DNA of 64,000 bases from Acidobacteriota bacterium (GCA_039683095.1 JBDKSB010000012.1:929846-993845), one strand, 5' to 3'. Positions 25,289-35,760 are shown, numbered from the stretch's first letter. The notes: generated by a model not told the origin, from the sequence alone. Numbers and translations: made by a program.

Positions 25289-27246
25289 CCCTCTTTTCCA
25301 TCTTCGACGAGGGTGACGTGGCCGTCGAAATCGGTGACGACCACCTCTCGGCCGCTGAGGGGGGTTAGCGTGTTGAGAAGGGCGACGCCGACCCGGTGCT
25401 TCCACTTGATCGCCCCGGTCGCCCCGTCGAGGGCCAGCAGCAGCCCGTTCTTCGTTCCGTAGAAGACGACTCCGTCCTTCTCGACCAGCATGGCCGAGTT
25501 GATGTCTTGGCCGAACCCGCCGTCGGTCTCCCAGACGGCCTTGGCGTCGTCCTCGGCCGTGGAGACGGCCGCGATGAGGTTCTCGGTGGTCCGGACATAG
25601 ACCCGGGCGCCGTCGGCCGAGATGCCGATGGACTCGCGCACGGCCCAGTTGTCGGTGCCCCAGAGCTCCCGGCCCGTGCCCAGCTCGATGGCCGTCATCC
25701 AGGGGTCGGGGGCGACGATGAAGACGCGGCCGTTGGCCGCCACGGGCCAGCAGGCGGCCGGCGAGTAGAACCAGCTCGGCTTCTCCCCTTTCCACGTCCA
25801 GACGGCCTTGCCGGTCCGGGCGTCGAGGGCGTAGAGAAGCCCGTCCCAGGCGCCGAAGACGACCAGACCGCCCGCGACGAGCGGCTTGGCCTCCACGAAG
25901 CCGTCGATCCCGTCCTGGCTCCAGACGGGCCGGCCGGTGGCCAGGTCGATGGCCCGGAAAACGTGGTCGCCGGAGCCGATATAGACGACCTTGCCCTCGA
26001 TCCGCGGCGAGGCCACGACCGGGCCGCCGGTCACGGTCTTCCAGACGAGCGTCCCGAGCCGGGCATCCAGGGCGTAGATCGCCCCGTCCGTTCCGCCGAA
26101 AACGACCAGGCCGCCGCCGGCCGCGGGCGCGGAGTAGATCGGATCGTCCGTTTTGAACTCCCAGGCGATGCTGCCGTCGCTCGTCCGCAGGGCCCGCACG
26201 GAACCCGAGGCGTCGGCGAAGATGATCGTCTCGCCGTTGGCCGCGGCCGGCGAGGCGATGGTCCACCCGGCGTTGAAGCGCCAGCGCTCCTTGACCTGCG
26301 GGTAGAGGGCGTTGACGCCGAAGTCGGGCCGGGCCGGCGTTCCCGGCCTGGCCCCGGCCTTCGCGCTAGCGCCGCCGGCGGGCCGCCCGGCCGCCACGAT
26401 CGGCAGGCCGCCCTTTTCGAGCTCGATCCGGCACCAGGGCGCGCCGGTCCGCCGCTCCGTCCGCCCGGCGAAGGTCATCGCCTTGGCCGCGATCTCGACG
26501 ATGTTGTAGCCCGGCCCGACGTTGCCGGCGCCGATGTTGGCCCGGCCCATGACCCCCCGCAGGCCCTCGAAGTCCAGCAGCTGGTCCTTGTGGCCGTGGC
26601 CGACCAGCACCGCGACCGTCGGAACGGTCTTCAGCTTGTCGAGGACGACGTACCAGTTGGCGATGCTTTCGTCGAGCGGGTAGTGACTGACGAAGATGGT
26701 CGGCTTGGCCGCCGAGGCCTTGTCCTCCAGCAGGCCCAGCAGCCAGCGGACGTCCTGCGGGGCCCAGTGCCCGTCGCCCATCCGCAGGACCGGTCCCTGG
26801 GACAGGCCGATGAACCGGAAGCCGCCGCTCTCGAAGGCGAAGCGGTCAGCGCCCCAGACCCGGACGAAATCCGAGCCCCCCGACTCCGACCATTTCGTGT
26901 CGTGGTTGCCGGGGATGATGTGGTACGGGATGCGGAGGCCGTCGAGGATGTCCTTGGCCAGGCGGAAGTTCTCGTACGACCCCTTGTCGGTGACGTCCCC
27001 CGTGACCAGGGCGAACGACAGGCCCGGGATCGAGTTGATGTCCGCGACCGAGGCCCTGAGGTCGTCGGCTCCGCGGGCCGCGCCGACGTGGGTGTCGCTC
27101 AGCCAGGCGAACCGCAGGGCGGCCTTGCCGGTGCCGGCCGGGCCGGTCTCCCCCGGGGCGCCGCCGGCCGCCGCGGCCGCGAGAAGGCCGCAGGCGATCA
27201 GGGCCGCGATCAGGAGCGGCGCCGCGCGAAAGGCGAATTTCTTCAT
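25249..27246 (-). CDS. Calcineurin-like metallophosphoesterase fused to a PQQ-repeat beta-propeller (secreted)
   Basis: Start re-assigned to MKKFAFRAAPLLIAALIACGLLAAAAA (ATG 27246). Metallophosphoesterase motifs LSDTHVG, GDVTDKG, GNHD and GHGH. The C-terminus has multiple PQQ-like repeats (AIYALDARLGTLVWK, LLYALDARTGKAVWTW). Confidence 0.8.
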   Translation of the reverse strand: MKKFAFRAAPLLIAALIACGLLAAAAAGGAPGETGPAGTGKAALRFAWLSDTHVGAARGADDLRASVADINSIPGLSFALVTGDVTDKGSYENFRLAKDILDGLRIPYHIIPGNHDTKWSESGGSDFVRVWGADRFAFESGGFRFIGLSQGPVLRMGDGHWAPQDVRWLLGLLEDKASAAKPTIFVSHYPLDESIANWYVVLDKLKTVPTVAVLVGHGHKDQLLDFEGLRGVMGRANIGAGNVGPGYNIVEIAAKAMTFAGRTERRTGAPWCRIELEKGGLPIVAAGRPAGGASAKAGARPGTPARPDFGVNALYPQVKERWRFNAGWTIASPAAANGETIIFADASGSVRALRTSDGSIAWEFKTDDPIYSAPAAGGGLVVFGGTDGAIYALDARLGTLVWKTVTGGPVVASPRIEGKVVYIGSGDHVFRAIDLATGRPVWSQDGIDGFVEAKPLVAGGLVVFGAWDGLLYALDARTGKAVWTWKGEKPSWFYSPAACWPVAANGRVFIVAPDPWMTAIELGTGRELWGTDNWAVRESIGISADGARVYVRTTENLIAAVSTAEDDAKAVWETDGGFGQDINSAMLVEKDGVVFYGTKNGLLLALDGATGAIKWKHRVGVALLNTLTPLSGREVVVTDFDGHVTLVEDGKEGFKPAFCAKMSKK

Positions 27247-27406
27247 CAGAACGATCCCAACGACAGATCGGCTATTGCGTATCCGCCTCAATCCTAAGGG
27301 GATGCCGGCTCCTTGTCAATCGGCCGCCCCGGACGTCATTGACGGCCCCGCGCCCGGGGCGTACACTCAGGACATACACCAGCCCCGGCAAGATGGAGGC
27401 CCGTCC

Positions 27407-29089
27407 ATGTCGCCAAACCCCTGGGAAAGACGTGATTTCCTGAAGACCCTGCTGGCCGGCCTGCCCCTGGCCGCCTGGGATTGGAGCGCCTTCCCGCGCG
27501 GCGACGCCGGCCAGGCCGCGGCCCGGCCGGCGACATACGACGCGGTCGTCATCGGCGCCGGCCTCGGCGGCCTGAGCGCGGCGGCGGCCTTCGCCCGCAA
27601 GGGCTTCAAGGTCGTCGTCCTCGAACAGAAGGGCGTGCCGGGCGGCTACGCCTCGTCCTTCGCCCGTCCCGGCGGCTTCACCTTCGACGTCTCGCTCCAT
27701 TCGACGACGGTCGGGACCCGCGACGGCGTGGCCAACCTCATCGCCGGCTTCCCCGAGATCAGGGACGTCGTCTTCTCGCCGCACCAGCCACTTTACAGGG
27801 CCATCTACCCCGACTGCGACATCCGGGTGCCGCATCGGGATCCCGCCGGCTATATCGAGCTGCTGAAGGCGAGCTTCCCCGGCGACGCCGAGGCCATCGA
27901 CGGCATCTTCGCCGACATGAAGGGCCTGAGCGACGAGGTCGGCCGCCTCTCCGCCGCGGGCGGCACGGCCGGCCTGGCCGACTTCCCGGCCAGGTTCCCG
28001 TTGCTGTTCAAGAACTTCAACCGCACCTGGGGGGCCATGCTCGACGACCGGGTCAAGAACTCCAAGCTCAAGGGCGTTCTCTCCGGCCTGTGGGGCTACT
28101 TCGGCCTGCCGCCTTCCAAGCTCTCGCCGTTCTACTACGCCCTGCCGCTCCTGGGCTACCTCCAGTTCGGCGGGTACTATCCGGCCGGCACGTCGCAGCG
28201 GATCAGCAACGCCTTCGTCGGGATCATCGAGAAGAACGGCGGCCTGGTCCGGCTCAACACGAGGGTCGAGAAGATCCTGACCAGCGACCACGCCGCCGTC
28301 GGCGTCCGGGCCGCGGACGGCAGCGAGTATCGCGGCCGGGCAGTCATCTCCAACGCCAACGCCATCGACACCTTCACCCGGATGATGGACGGCGAGCGGG
28401 AGTTCCTCAAGGACACGCTGGCCCGCATGGACAAGCTCCAGGTCAGCTACTCGTCGCTCAGCGTCTGGCTCGGCCTCAAGACCGATCTCGTCCGCAGGGC
28501 CGGGCTGAAGGAAAGCGAGATCTTCTATTACACCGGCTACGACGTCGAGGCCGATTACGCCGCCATCATGGCGGGCGGGCTCCCGGCCGACCCGGGCTTC
28601 GGGCTGACCGTCTATGACAACGTCTGCCCGGGCTGCTCGCCCAGGGGCAAGAACACGATCAACATCCTTGTCGCCCAGGGCTGGGACTACTGGAAGAAGT
28701 ACGAGGCCGATTACTTCCGCGGCGACAAGGACGCCTACACCAGGGAGAAGCTGCGGCTGGCCGGCATCCTGATCGACCAGGTCGAGAGGAAGCTCCTGCC
28801 CGGGCTCCGGAAGGCCATCGAGGTCGAGGAGGTGGCGACGCCGCTGACCAATCTCCGCTTCACCTCGAACCCGCGCGGCGCGGTCTACGGCTGGGACCAG
28901 ACGATCGACAACTCCGGCCAGCGCCGCTTCCCGCAGCGGACGCCGATCAAGAACCTCTATCTCGCAGGCGCCTGGACCTTCCCCGGCCACGGCTACGGCG
29001 CCTGCATCCCCAGCGGCCTGGCCTGCTTCGCCGAGGTCATGAGGGACTGGAAGGGCCGGGGGGAGAGCCCGAAGGCCCCGCCGCGCTGA
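27407..29089 (+). CDS. Tat-secreted FAD/NAD(P)-dependent oxidoreductase (phytoene desaturase / amine oxidase superfamily)
   Basis: Start re-assigned to ATG 27407 with GGAGG 7 nt upstream. Twin-arginine motif RRDFLK. Dinucleotide-binding motif YDAVVIGAGLGGLSAAAAFARKGFKVVVLE. Confidence 0.8.
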   Translation: MSPNPWERRDFLKTLLAGLPLAAWDWSAFPRGDAGQAAARPATYDAVVIGAGLGGLSAAAAFARKGFKVVVLEQKGVPGGYASSFARPGGFTFDVSLHSTTVGTRDGVANLIAGFPEIRDVVFSPHQPLYRAIYPDCDIRVPHRDPAGYIELLKASFPGDAEAIDGIFADMKGLSDEVGRLSAAGGTAGLADFPARFPLLFKNFNRTWGAMLDDRVKNSKLKGVLSGLWGYFGLPPSKLSPFYYALPLLGYLQFGGYYPAGTSQRISNAFVGIIEKNGGLVRLNTRVEKILTSDHAAVGVRAADGSEYRGRAVISNANAIDTFTRMMDGEREFLKDTLARMDKLQVSYSSLSVWLGLKTDLVRRAGLKESEIFYYTGYDVEADYAAIMAGGLPADPGFGLTVYDNVCPGCSPRGKNTINILVAQGWDYWKKYEADYFRGDKDAYTREKLRLAGILIDQVERKLLPGLRKAIEVEEVATPLTNLRFTSNPRGAVYGWDQTIDNSGQRRFPQRTPIKNLYLAGAWTFPGHGYGACIPSGLACFAEVMRDWKGRGESPKAPPR

Positions 29090-29098
29090 CCGCCGAGC

Positions 29099-32000
29099 TC
29101 AGTCCGTCTTGCGCCGGCCGGCGATCAGGCTGTAGATCGCCGGCGTGGCGATGAGCGACAGCAGGACGGAGATGGCCAGGGCCCCGATGACGGCGATGGC
29201 CAGCGGCCGGAGCATGTCGGCCCCCGAGCCGATGCCGTAAGCCAGGGGCAGCATCCCCAGCGCCGCGGCCAGCGAGGTCATCAGGACCGGCCGCAGGCGC
29301 CGCCGGCCCGAGCGGATGAGGGCCTCGGCCAGGTCCATGCCTTGGGCCCGGTGCTCCTTGACGAGATCGAGCATCAGGATGCCGTTCTTGGCCACGATGC
29401 CGACCCCGATGATGGCCCCCAGCAGCGAGACGACGTTGAGCGATGTGCCCGTGATCCAGAGGGCCAGGATGGAGCCGAACATGGCCAGCACGGCTCCGAG
29501 CACGATGGCCAAGGGCTCGGCGAACGACCCGAACTCGAGCAGGAGCACGGTGAAGACGAGGAAGACGGCCAGCAGCAGGACGATGACCAGGTTGCGGAAC
29601 GATTCCTGCTGCTGCTGGTAAAGGCCGGCGTACTCGACAGTCCCCGGCGGCAGCGTCTTATCCGCCCTGAGCACGCGCCGGATCTCGGCCATGGCGCTGC
29701 CCATGTCCCGGCCCTCGAGGCGGGCCGTCACGGCCACGTCCTGGCGGAAATCGTCGCGGCGCAGCTCGAGCTGGCCCGGCTCTTCGACGACGTCGACGAC
29801 CTGGTCGAGCTGGATGAGGGCCCCGTCGGCCGAGCGCAGGGGCAGGTGGCGGAGCTTCTCCAGCCGGTCGATCCGGCCCGGCTCCGCCTTGACCCGGATC
29901 TCGATGACCCGGTCGCCTTCGAGCACGGTCGAGGCCGTCTCGCCCAGCATGGCGCCGTTCACCGCGGCGGAAATGGCCTCGGCGCTCAGGCCGAAGCGCC
30001 CGGCGTCGACGGGCCGGACGCGGAAGCTGATCGTCGGTCCCGTGTAGACCAGGCCGTCGAAGACGTCGACGACGCCCGGCACCTTCTCCAGCGCCGCGGC
30101 GACATCGGGGGCCTTCGCCTTCAGGAAGGCCGTGTCGGTCGAATAGATCCGGGCCTCGATCGGCTGGGGCGAATACATCAGGTCGCCGATGAGGTCCCCG
30201 AGGATCCCCGGGAACTCCCAGATGATGCCGGGCAGGGCCGCGTTCAGGCGGTGCCGCAGCTCGGTCAGGACCTCTTCCGTGGACCGCTTGCGGCCGGGCT
30301 TCAGCTTGAGCAGGAAGTCGCCGTTGTTCGGCTCGGTAATGAACAGGCCCAGCTGGGCCCCGGTGCGGCGCGAGTAGCTTTCGAGCTCGGGCACCGAGCG
30401 GATGATGTCCTCGGCGTACCGGAGCTGGCGATGGGTCTCGGCCAGGCTCGTCCCCGGCGGGGTCAGGTAATCGATGACGAAGCCGCCCTCGTCCATCGGG
30501 GGCAGGAATTCGCTCCGGAGCCCGCGATAGAGGGCGAAGGCCAGGACGATGACGACGACGCAGAGGGCGATCGTGACCCAGCGCTTCCGGAGCGCCCACC
30601 GGACCGCCGTCTCGTAGATCCGGATGACCCGCCGCAGCAGCGGGCCCTCGTCCGGGCCGGCTTCCCCGGCTACCGCCCCCGGCGCGGGCAGCAGCCAGCC
30701 AGCCAGCGAAGGCGTCAGCGTCACGGCCAGGACGAGAGAGGTCAGGAGGGCGACGACCATGGTCAAGGCCAGGGCCCGGAAGAAAACGCCCGTGATCCCG
30801 CTCAGGAAGGCCAGGGGGATGAAGACGACGACCGGGGTCAGGGTCGAGCCGACAAGCGGCCGGACGAGATCACCCGAGGCCTCGCGGATGGCCGTCAGCC
30901 GGTCGAGGCCGGAGCGGCGCTTCGTATGGATGGCTTCCACGACCACGATGGCGTCGTCGATGACCAGGCCGATGGCGGCGGCGATCCCGCCCAGGGTCAT
31001 CAGGTTGAAGGAAAGCCCGGCGGCCTTGAGCGAGACGAGCGTGACCAGGACGGTGACCGGGATGACCAGGATGGCCACGAAGGTCGTCCGCCAATTCTTC
31101 AGGAAGAGGAAGAGGATCAGGACGGACAGGACGAGCCCGAAGATGATGGCCTCCCAGACGCTCCGGACGGAGGCCCGGACGAGCAGGGACTGATCATAGA
31201 AGAACGACAGCTTCAGGTCGGACTGAAGCTCGCCCTTGAGCGCCGCGAGGTCGGCGGTCAGGGCCTTGGCGATGTCCAGGGTGCTGCCGTCGGGCTGGCT
31301 GTAGATGTTGAGGAGGACGGCTTCCTGGCCGTCGGCGGTGACGTAGTTGAACACCGGCTCCGGCCCGCGCTCGACCCGGGCGAAGTCGCGGACGAGGACC
31401 GGGTGGCCGCCGGCGACCGTCACCGGGAAGCTCTCGATGTCCCGGATGGAGTGGACGCGGCCGTCGACGACGGCCAGGTAGAGCATCCGGTTCTCCTCGT
31501 GGAGCCCGGTCGAGGCGACGAGGTTGTTCTTGTTCAGGGCCTCCGTCACTTCGGCCAGCGTCAGCCCGGCGGCTTGGAGGCGCAGCGGGTCGACGACGAT
31601 GTGATATTCGGGCGCGCGGCCGCCGACCAGGGTCACCCGGGCGATCCCGGGGATCTGGAGGAAGCGCGGCTTGAGCTTGTAGCGGGCCGTCTCCCAGAGA
31701 TCGACGAGGCTCCGCCTGGGGCTGGTCAGGCTGACCCCGATGATGGGGAAGTTCGAGAAGGTGACCCGGTAGACCTCGGCCTCGGCCGTCGGCGGCAGGG
31801 AGGCGCGGATCTGGGACAGCCGTCCGAGCACGTAGAGCTCGGACTGGACCATGTCGACTTTCCAGCTGAAAAAGACGTTGACCTCGGCCGAGCCGCGGCC
31901 CGTGGCCGAGCGGATGGTCTTGACGCCGGGGATATCCTTCATCCCCTCTTCGATCGGCCGGGTGATGGCGGCCATCATCTCGTCGGCCGGCATGACGCCG

Positions 32001-32164
32001 TTGTCGATCAGGATGACGACGCGCGGGAAATCCGTCTGCGGAAAGACCGAGGACGGGATGGTCAGGGCGGCGTAAACGCCGGCCAGGCATAGGGCCAGGC
32101 AGACGAAGACGATGGGTCGGGAGTGGCGGATGGCGAACCGGCCCAGGGCGGAATCCTTGCTCAT
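29099..32164 (-). CDS. Efflux RND transporter permease (CusA/CzcA-like)
   Basis: 1021 aa with 12 TM helices and two large periplasmic loops. The AcrB/CzcA family N-terminus reads FAIRHSRPIVFVCLALCLAGVYAALTIPSSVFP. Confidence 0.9.
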   Translation of the reverse strand: MSKDSALGRFAIRHSRPIVFVCLALCLAGVYAALTIPSSVFPQTDFPRVVILIDNGVMPADEMMAAITRPIEEGMKDIPGVKTIRSATGRGSAEVNVFFSWKVDMVQSELYVLGRLSQIRASLPPTAEAEVYRVTFSNFPIIGVSLTSPRRSLVDLWETARYKLKPRFLQIPGIARVTLVGGRAPEYHIVVDPLRLQAAGLTLAEVTEALNKNNLVASTGLHEENRMLYLAVVDGRVHSIRDIESFPVTVAGGHPVLVRDFARVERGPEPVFNYVTADGQEAVLLNIYSQPDGSTLDIAKALTADLAALKGELQSDLKLSFFYDQSLLVRASVRSVWEAIIFGLVLSVLILFLFLKNWRTTFVAILVIPVTVLVTLVSLKAAGLSFNLMTLGGIAAAIGLVIDDAIVVVEAIHTKRRSGLDRLTAIREASGDLVRPLVGSTLTPVVVFIPLAFLSGITGVFFRALALTMVVALLTSLVLAVTLTPSLAGWLLPAPGAVAGEAGPDEGPLLRRVIRIYETAVRWALRKRWVTIALCVVVIVLAFALYRGLRSEFLPPMDEGGFVIDYLTPPGTSLAETHRQLRYAEDIIRSVPELESYSRRTGAQLGLFITEPNNGDFLLKLKPGRKRSTEEVLTELRHRLNAALPGIIWEFPGILGDLIGDLMYSPQPIEARIYSTDTAFLKAKAPDVAAALEKVPGVVDVFDGLVYTGPTISFRVRPVDAGRFGLSAEAISAAVNGAMLGETASTVLEGDRVIEIRVKAEPGRIDRLEKLRHLPLRSADGALIQLDQVVDVVEEPGQLELRRDDFRQDVAVTARLEGRDMGSAMAEIRRVLRADKTLPPGTVEYAGLYQQQQESFRNLVIVLLLAVFLVFTVLLLEFGSFAEPLAIVLGAVLAMFGSILALWITGTSLNVVSLLGAIIGVGIVAKNGILMLDLVKEHRAQGMDLAEALIRSGRRRLRPVLMTSLAAALGMLPLAYGIGSGADMLRPLAIAVIGALAISVLLSLIATPAIYSLIAGRRKTD

Positions 32165-32169
32165 GAGGG

Positions 32170-33243
32170 CTAGGGCTTCCCGATGATGTGGATCTTCGTC
32201 TCGCCGGCCAGGGTGCAGGCATCGGTCGTAACGATGACCAGGCCCTCGGCCAGGCCCTCTCCCTCGATCTCGGCCAGGCCGCCGTCGCGGAGACCGGCCT
32301 TGACCGGCTTGGGCACGGCTTTCTCGCCCTCGACGACCATGAGCTCGGCGCCGCCGTCCGGGCCCGGCACGATGCTCTCTTCAGGCACGGCCAGGACGTT
32401 CCTGCGCTCCTCGGCGACGATGCGGATGCTCAGGAACTGACCCGGAGAAAGACCCGCGCCGGCGGGGACCGAGGCCCGGACGAGGACCGTGTCCGTCTTC
32501 GGATCGATGTCCCGGCCGACGACCAGGACCCGGCCCGGGGCGGCGTCGCCGTCGCCCCAGAGGACAGCGCTCCCGGCGCGGAGGCGGGCCGCGTCAAGGC
32601 TCGGCACGCGCGCCGTCACGACCAGGCGGTCGAGGGCGATGACCTCGGCCAGGACCGCGTTCGTCTCGACCGATTGGCCGAGACGGGCGTCAATGCGGAC
32701 GACCGTGCCCGAAAGCGGCGCCCGGATCTCGAGAAGGGCCAGCTCCGTCCGGGCCGCGGCCAGGTCGCCCCGGGCGGCGTTGAGCGCCGCCTCGGCCTCC
32801 TGGAAATTCTTCGCGGACGTCCCGTCGGCCGCCAGGAGTTTCTTCTGGCGCTCATAGGTCAGCTCGGCCGCCTCGACGGCCCGGGCCGCCTTGGCCGCCG
32901 CGACCTCGGCCAGCCTGGTATCGAGCCGGAAGAGCAGCGCGCCGCGCTCGACGGCCCGGCCCTCGGAGCAGGCGACCTCGGCCAGGATGCCGCCGACGGG
33001 CGCGGAGATCAGGGCCCCGGCCGCGGCCCGGCCCGCGCCCGGCGGTTCGGGCTCGACCGTGCCGTAGGCCGTGACATAGCCGCGGAGCGTGGCCCGGACG
33101 ATCTTGCCGACGTGGACGCCGACATCGGCGGCGATCGCCTCTTCCTCCCCGCCGCCCTTGGGGCCCAGGACCTTGACGAGCAGGATGGCCGCCGCGGCGA
33201 CGGCCGCAACGATGAGCCCGGTCGCGACCTGGCGTTTAGTCAT
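32170..33243 (-). CDS. Efflux RND periplasmic adaptor (membrane fusion protein)
   Basis: Start at MTKRQVATGLIVAAVAAAAILLV (ATG 33243). The ORF-track start at 33408 adds 55 junk codons. Lipoyl / beta-barrel MFP pattern. Confidence 0.85.
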   Translation of the reverse strand: MTKRQVATGLIVAAVAAAAILLVKVLGPKGGGEEEAIAADVGVHVGKIVRATLRGYVTAYGTVEPEPPGAGRAAAGALISAPVGGILAEVACSEGRAVERGALLFRLDTRLAEVAAAKAARAVEAAELTYERQKKLLAADGTSAKNFQEAEAALNAARGDLAAARTELALLEIRAPLSGTVVRIDARLGQSVETNAVLAEVIALDRLVVTARVPSLDAARLRAGSAVLWGDGDAAPGRVLVVGRDIDPKTDTVLVRASVPAGAGLSPGQFLSIRIVAEERRNVLAVPEESIVPGPDGGAELMVVEGEKAVPKPVKAGLRDGGLAEIEGEGLAEGLVIVTTDACTLAGETKIHIIGKP

Positions 33244-34666
33244 CTTGGCGCTCCTTGGCCGGGCCCGCGGCCGGCCGGGACAGGGTGGTGATCCAGTCCT
33301 TGACGTCGAGCGGGCTCTGGGCCGCGTTCTCGAGCCGGCCGACCGCGGCCTGGGCCTGGACCAGGGACTCGAGCCAGGCCTGCGCCCCGGCGTTGAGCTC
33401 GAGCTCAATCCCGATGAGCTCGAGCTTGGAGATCTCGCCGAGATCGCGCTCGGTCCGGGCCCGCCGCGCTTGCTCCGTGAGGTGGATCAGCAGGTCCTCG
33501 GCGGCGCCGGACTTTTTGACGGCGGCCCGGCAGTCTTGGACGGCCGCATCGAGCTCGCCGATGACCTCGGCCTGGAGGGCCAGGAACTGCGCCGCGCTCG
33601 CTTCGCGGGCGGCCAGGGCCTCGGCGATCGGGCCCCGGTTGCGGCTGAAGAGGGGCAGAGAGAGGGCCACGCCGAGCGTCCATTTGCTGTCGGTCTGGTC
33701 GAGCTGATAGTCCGGGCCGAGGACGAGATCGGGATACTGCTTGGCGACCTCGAGCCTCAGGGCCATCTGGCTGGCCTCGTAGGCGGCCAGCGCCGCCAGG
33801 ATATCCGACCGGTTGAGAACGGCGTGGCGCCGGACCTCCCCGGCCGGTAGGTCGGACGGAGGCGCCTGGCGGAACTCCTCGAACGAAAGGCTCACTCCCT
33901 CGAGCGCCCCGCGGGCCAGGCCGAGAGCGGCCGCCAGGCCGGCCTGGGCCTCCTCTTTGAGGCGCGCGGCCTCGATGGCCTCCAGCCGGGCCGTGTCGAG
34001 AGCCAGGCGGGCCTGGGTCAGGTCGTAGACCGAGATCTCGCCCGCGTTCTTTTGGAGTTCGAGAAGGCGGACGAGCTCGGCCTGGAGCTTCTCCTGCTCC
34101 CCGAGAAGGTCCGCCCGCTCGCCGGCCGCAAAGAGCTCGAGCATCGCGGCGCGCAGGCGGCTGCGGACGCTCCACGCGGCGGTATAGATCTGCCAGCGCG
34201 CCGAGGCGGCCAGGTCACGGGCTTGAGCGATCCGGATGCCGCGCTTGCCGGCCGTTTCGATGGTCAGCTCGAGAGCGACCTCCGGGATCCAGGGTGTGAC
34301 CTCGCTCCGGGGCGACGTGCTGTTGTAACCCATCAGGGGGTTGAGGGCCGGGTTGATGCGCTCGCCGGCGGTAATCCGGCCTCCCTGGGCGACGCCCCAC
34401 TGGGCCCGGGCGACGTCCATGTCCGGGTGATAGTAAAGGGCGACGAGGGTCAGGGCTTTGAGGCCCCAGACGGCGGGAGGCCAGCTCTCGGCCTCTTTGT
34501 TGGCCACGAGAAAGGCCTCCAGATCGGGCGAATCGAGCCGGCGGGCCTCGAAGGCCTCCAAGGTCCGGCCGGGTATGACCGGCTTGGGGTGATAGCGGAC
34601 GCAGGCGCCGGCCAGGCTGAGAGCGAAGACGGCGCCGATGGCCCCAAACGGCCGGCCTGCCTTCAC
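33236..34666 (-). CDS. TolC-family outer membrane efflux lipoprotein
   Basis: Lipobox LSLAGAC and two TolC repeat halves. Its stop overlaps the MFP start by 8 nt (ATGACTAA). Confidence 0.85.
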   Translation of the reverse strand: MKAGRPFGAIGAVFALSLAGACVRYHPKPVIPGRTLEAFEARRLDSPDLEAFLVANKEAESWPPAVWGLKALTLVALYYHPDMDVARAQWGVAQGGRITAGERINPALNPLMGYNSTSPRSEVTPWIPEVALELTIETAGKRGIRIAQARDLAASARWQIYTAAWSVRSRLRAAMLELFAAGERADLLGEQEKLQAELVRLLELQKNAGEISVYDLTQARLALDTARLEAIEAARLKEEAQAGLAAALGLARGALEGVSLSFEEFRQAPPSDLPAGEVRRHAVLNRSDILAALAAYEASQMALRLEVAKQYPDLVLGPDYQLDQTDSKWTLGVALSLPLFSRNRGPIAEALAAREASAAQFLALQAEVIGELDAAVQDCRAAVKKSGAAEDLLIHLTEQARRARTERDLGEISKLELIGIELELNAGAQAWLESLVQAQAAVGRLENAAQSPLDVKDWITTLSRPAAGPAKERQDD

Positions 34667-34842
34667 GGAGCCTCCTTGGCGGACGATATCCGCCCTTGAG
34701 ACGGTTCGGCGAGTATTTTCTTCCAGCTCCGTCGATTATGCAACTGGCGTCTTCTTCATCCCTTGACCAGTCCCCTGCGGGACGCCGGGCCGCCATCCGC
34801 GGGAAGCGCAGAAGATCAAGTAGTTCGAACGGTCCCAGACGG

Positions 34843-35760
34843 TCATTCCGGGCGCAGGGCGTCCGGAGGCGGCGACGCCACTTCGACGTCCTCGCCCCGC
34901 GAAGGGTGCGGGAACCGGATCTTCCAGGAGTGCAGGAGATAGCCGGTCGCGCCGGGCGTCGTTCCTCCCTCGTCGTCCACGCCGTCGGCCCGGGGGACGC
35001 CCCCGGGCCCGTAAAGCGGGTCGCCGACGAGAGGGTGGCCGGCGTAGGCGAGATGGATGCGGATCTGATGGGGACGGCCCGTCGGGATGACGACCTCGAC
35101 AAGCGCGGCGTTCTTTTCGGGAAAGCGGCGGAGGACCCGGACGTGGCTCGTGGACGGCCGGCCGCCCGGGCGATAGGCGTTGACGGTCGCCGGAAGGCGG
35201 TGGGACACGGGACCGATGGGCGCGTCGACGGTGAAGGCGCCGGGCATCGACGTTCCCGAGGCCAGGGCCAGGTAAACCTTGAGGATGCGCCGCTCGAACA
35301 TGGCCTTGGCCAGCGAGCGCCCGGCCCGATGGTTCCGGGTAAAGAGGATGGCGCCCGAGGTGCCGCGGCCGAGGCGGTGGAGCGGCGAAACGGCCGGGCC
35401 GAAGCGGCGCCGGGCCTGATAGAGCAGGGTGTTCTCCAGGAAGAAGCCGCCGGGGAGGACGGGCAGGCCGGAGGGCTTGGCCAGGGCGAGGATGTCGTCG
35501 TCCTCGAGGAGGACGCCGAAGTCCGTCGGGGCCTCCGGCTCGTCCCAGGGCGGGCGATGGTAGACGAGGAGGTCGCCGGCGGACAGCGGGTCGTGGGGCG
35601 AAGCGGGACGGCCGTTGAGCGTCACTTCGCCGCGTTCGATCTTCTCCCGCCATTCGGCTTCGGTCGAATGACGATAGCGCCGGGAATAAAAGCTCAGAAT
35701 GGACGAGCCCTCGTCCGGACGGGAGATCCGGTCGGGATAATCGTAGCCGTGGTTTCTCAT
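34843..35760 (-). CDS. RluA-family pseudouridine synthase
   Basis: Start at MRNHGYDYP (ATG 35760); the ORF-track N-extension is Arg/Pro junk. S4-like region, catalytic motif HRLGRGTSG and a TRPHQIR-like motif. Confidence 0.85.
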   Translation of the reverse strand: MRNHGYDYPDRISRPDEGSSILSFYSRRYRHSTEAEWREKIERGEVTLNGRPASPHDPLSAGDLLVYHRPPWDEPEAPTDFGVLLEDDDILALAKPSGLPVLPGGFFLENTLLYQARRRFGPAVSPLHRLGRGTSGAILFTRNHRAGRSLAKAMFERRILKVYLALASGTSMPGAFTVDAPIGPVSHRLPATVNAYRPGGRPSTSHVRVLRRFPEKNAALVEVVIPTGRPHQIRIHLAYAGHPLVGDPLYGPGGVPRADGVDDEGGTTPGATGYLLHSWKIRFPHPSRGEDVEVASPPPDALRPE

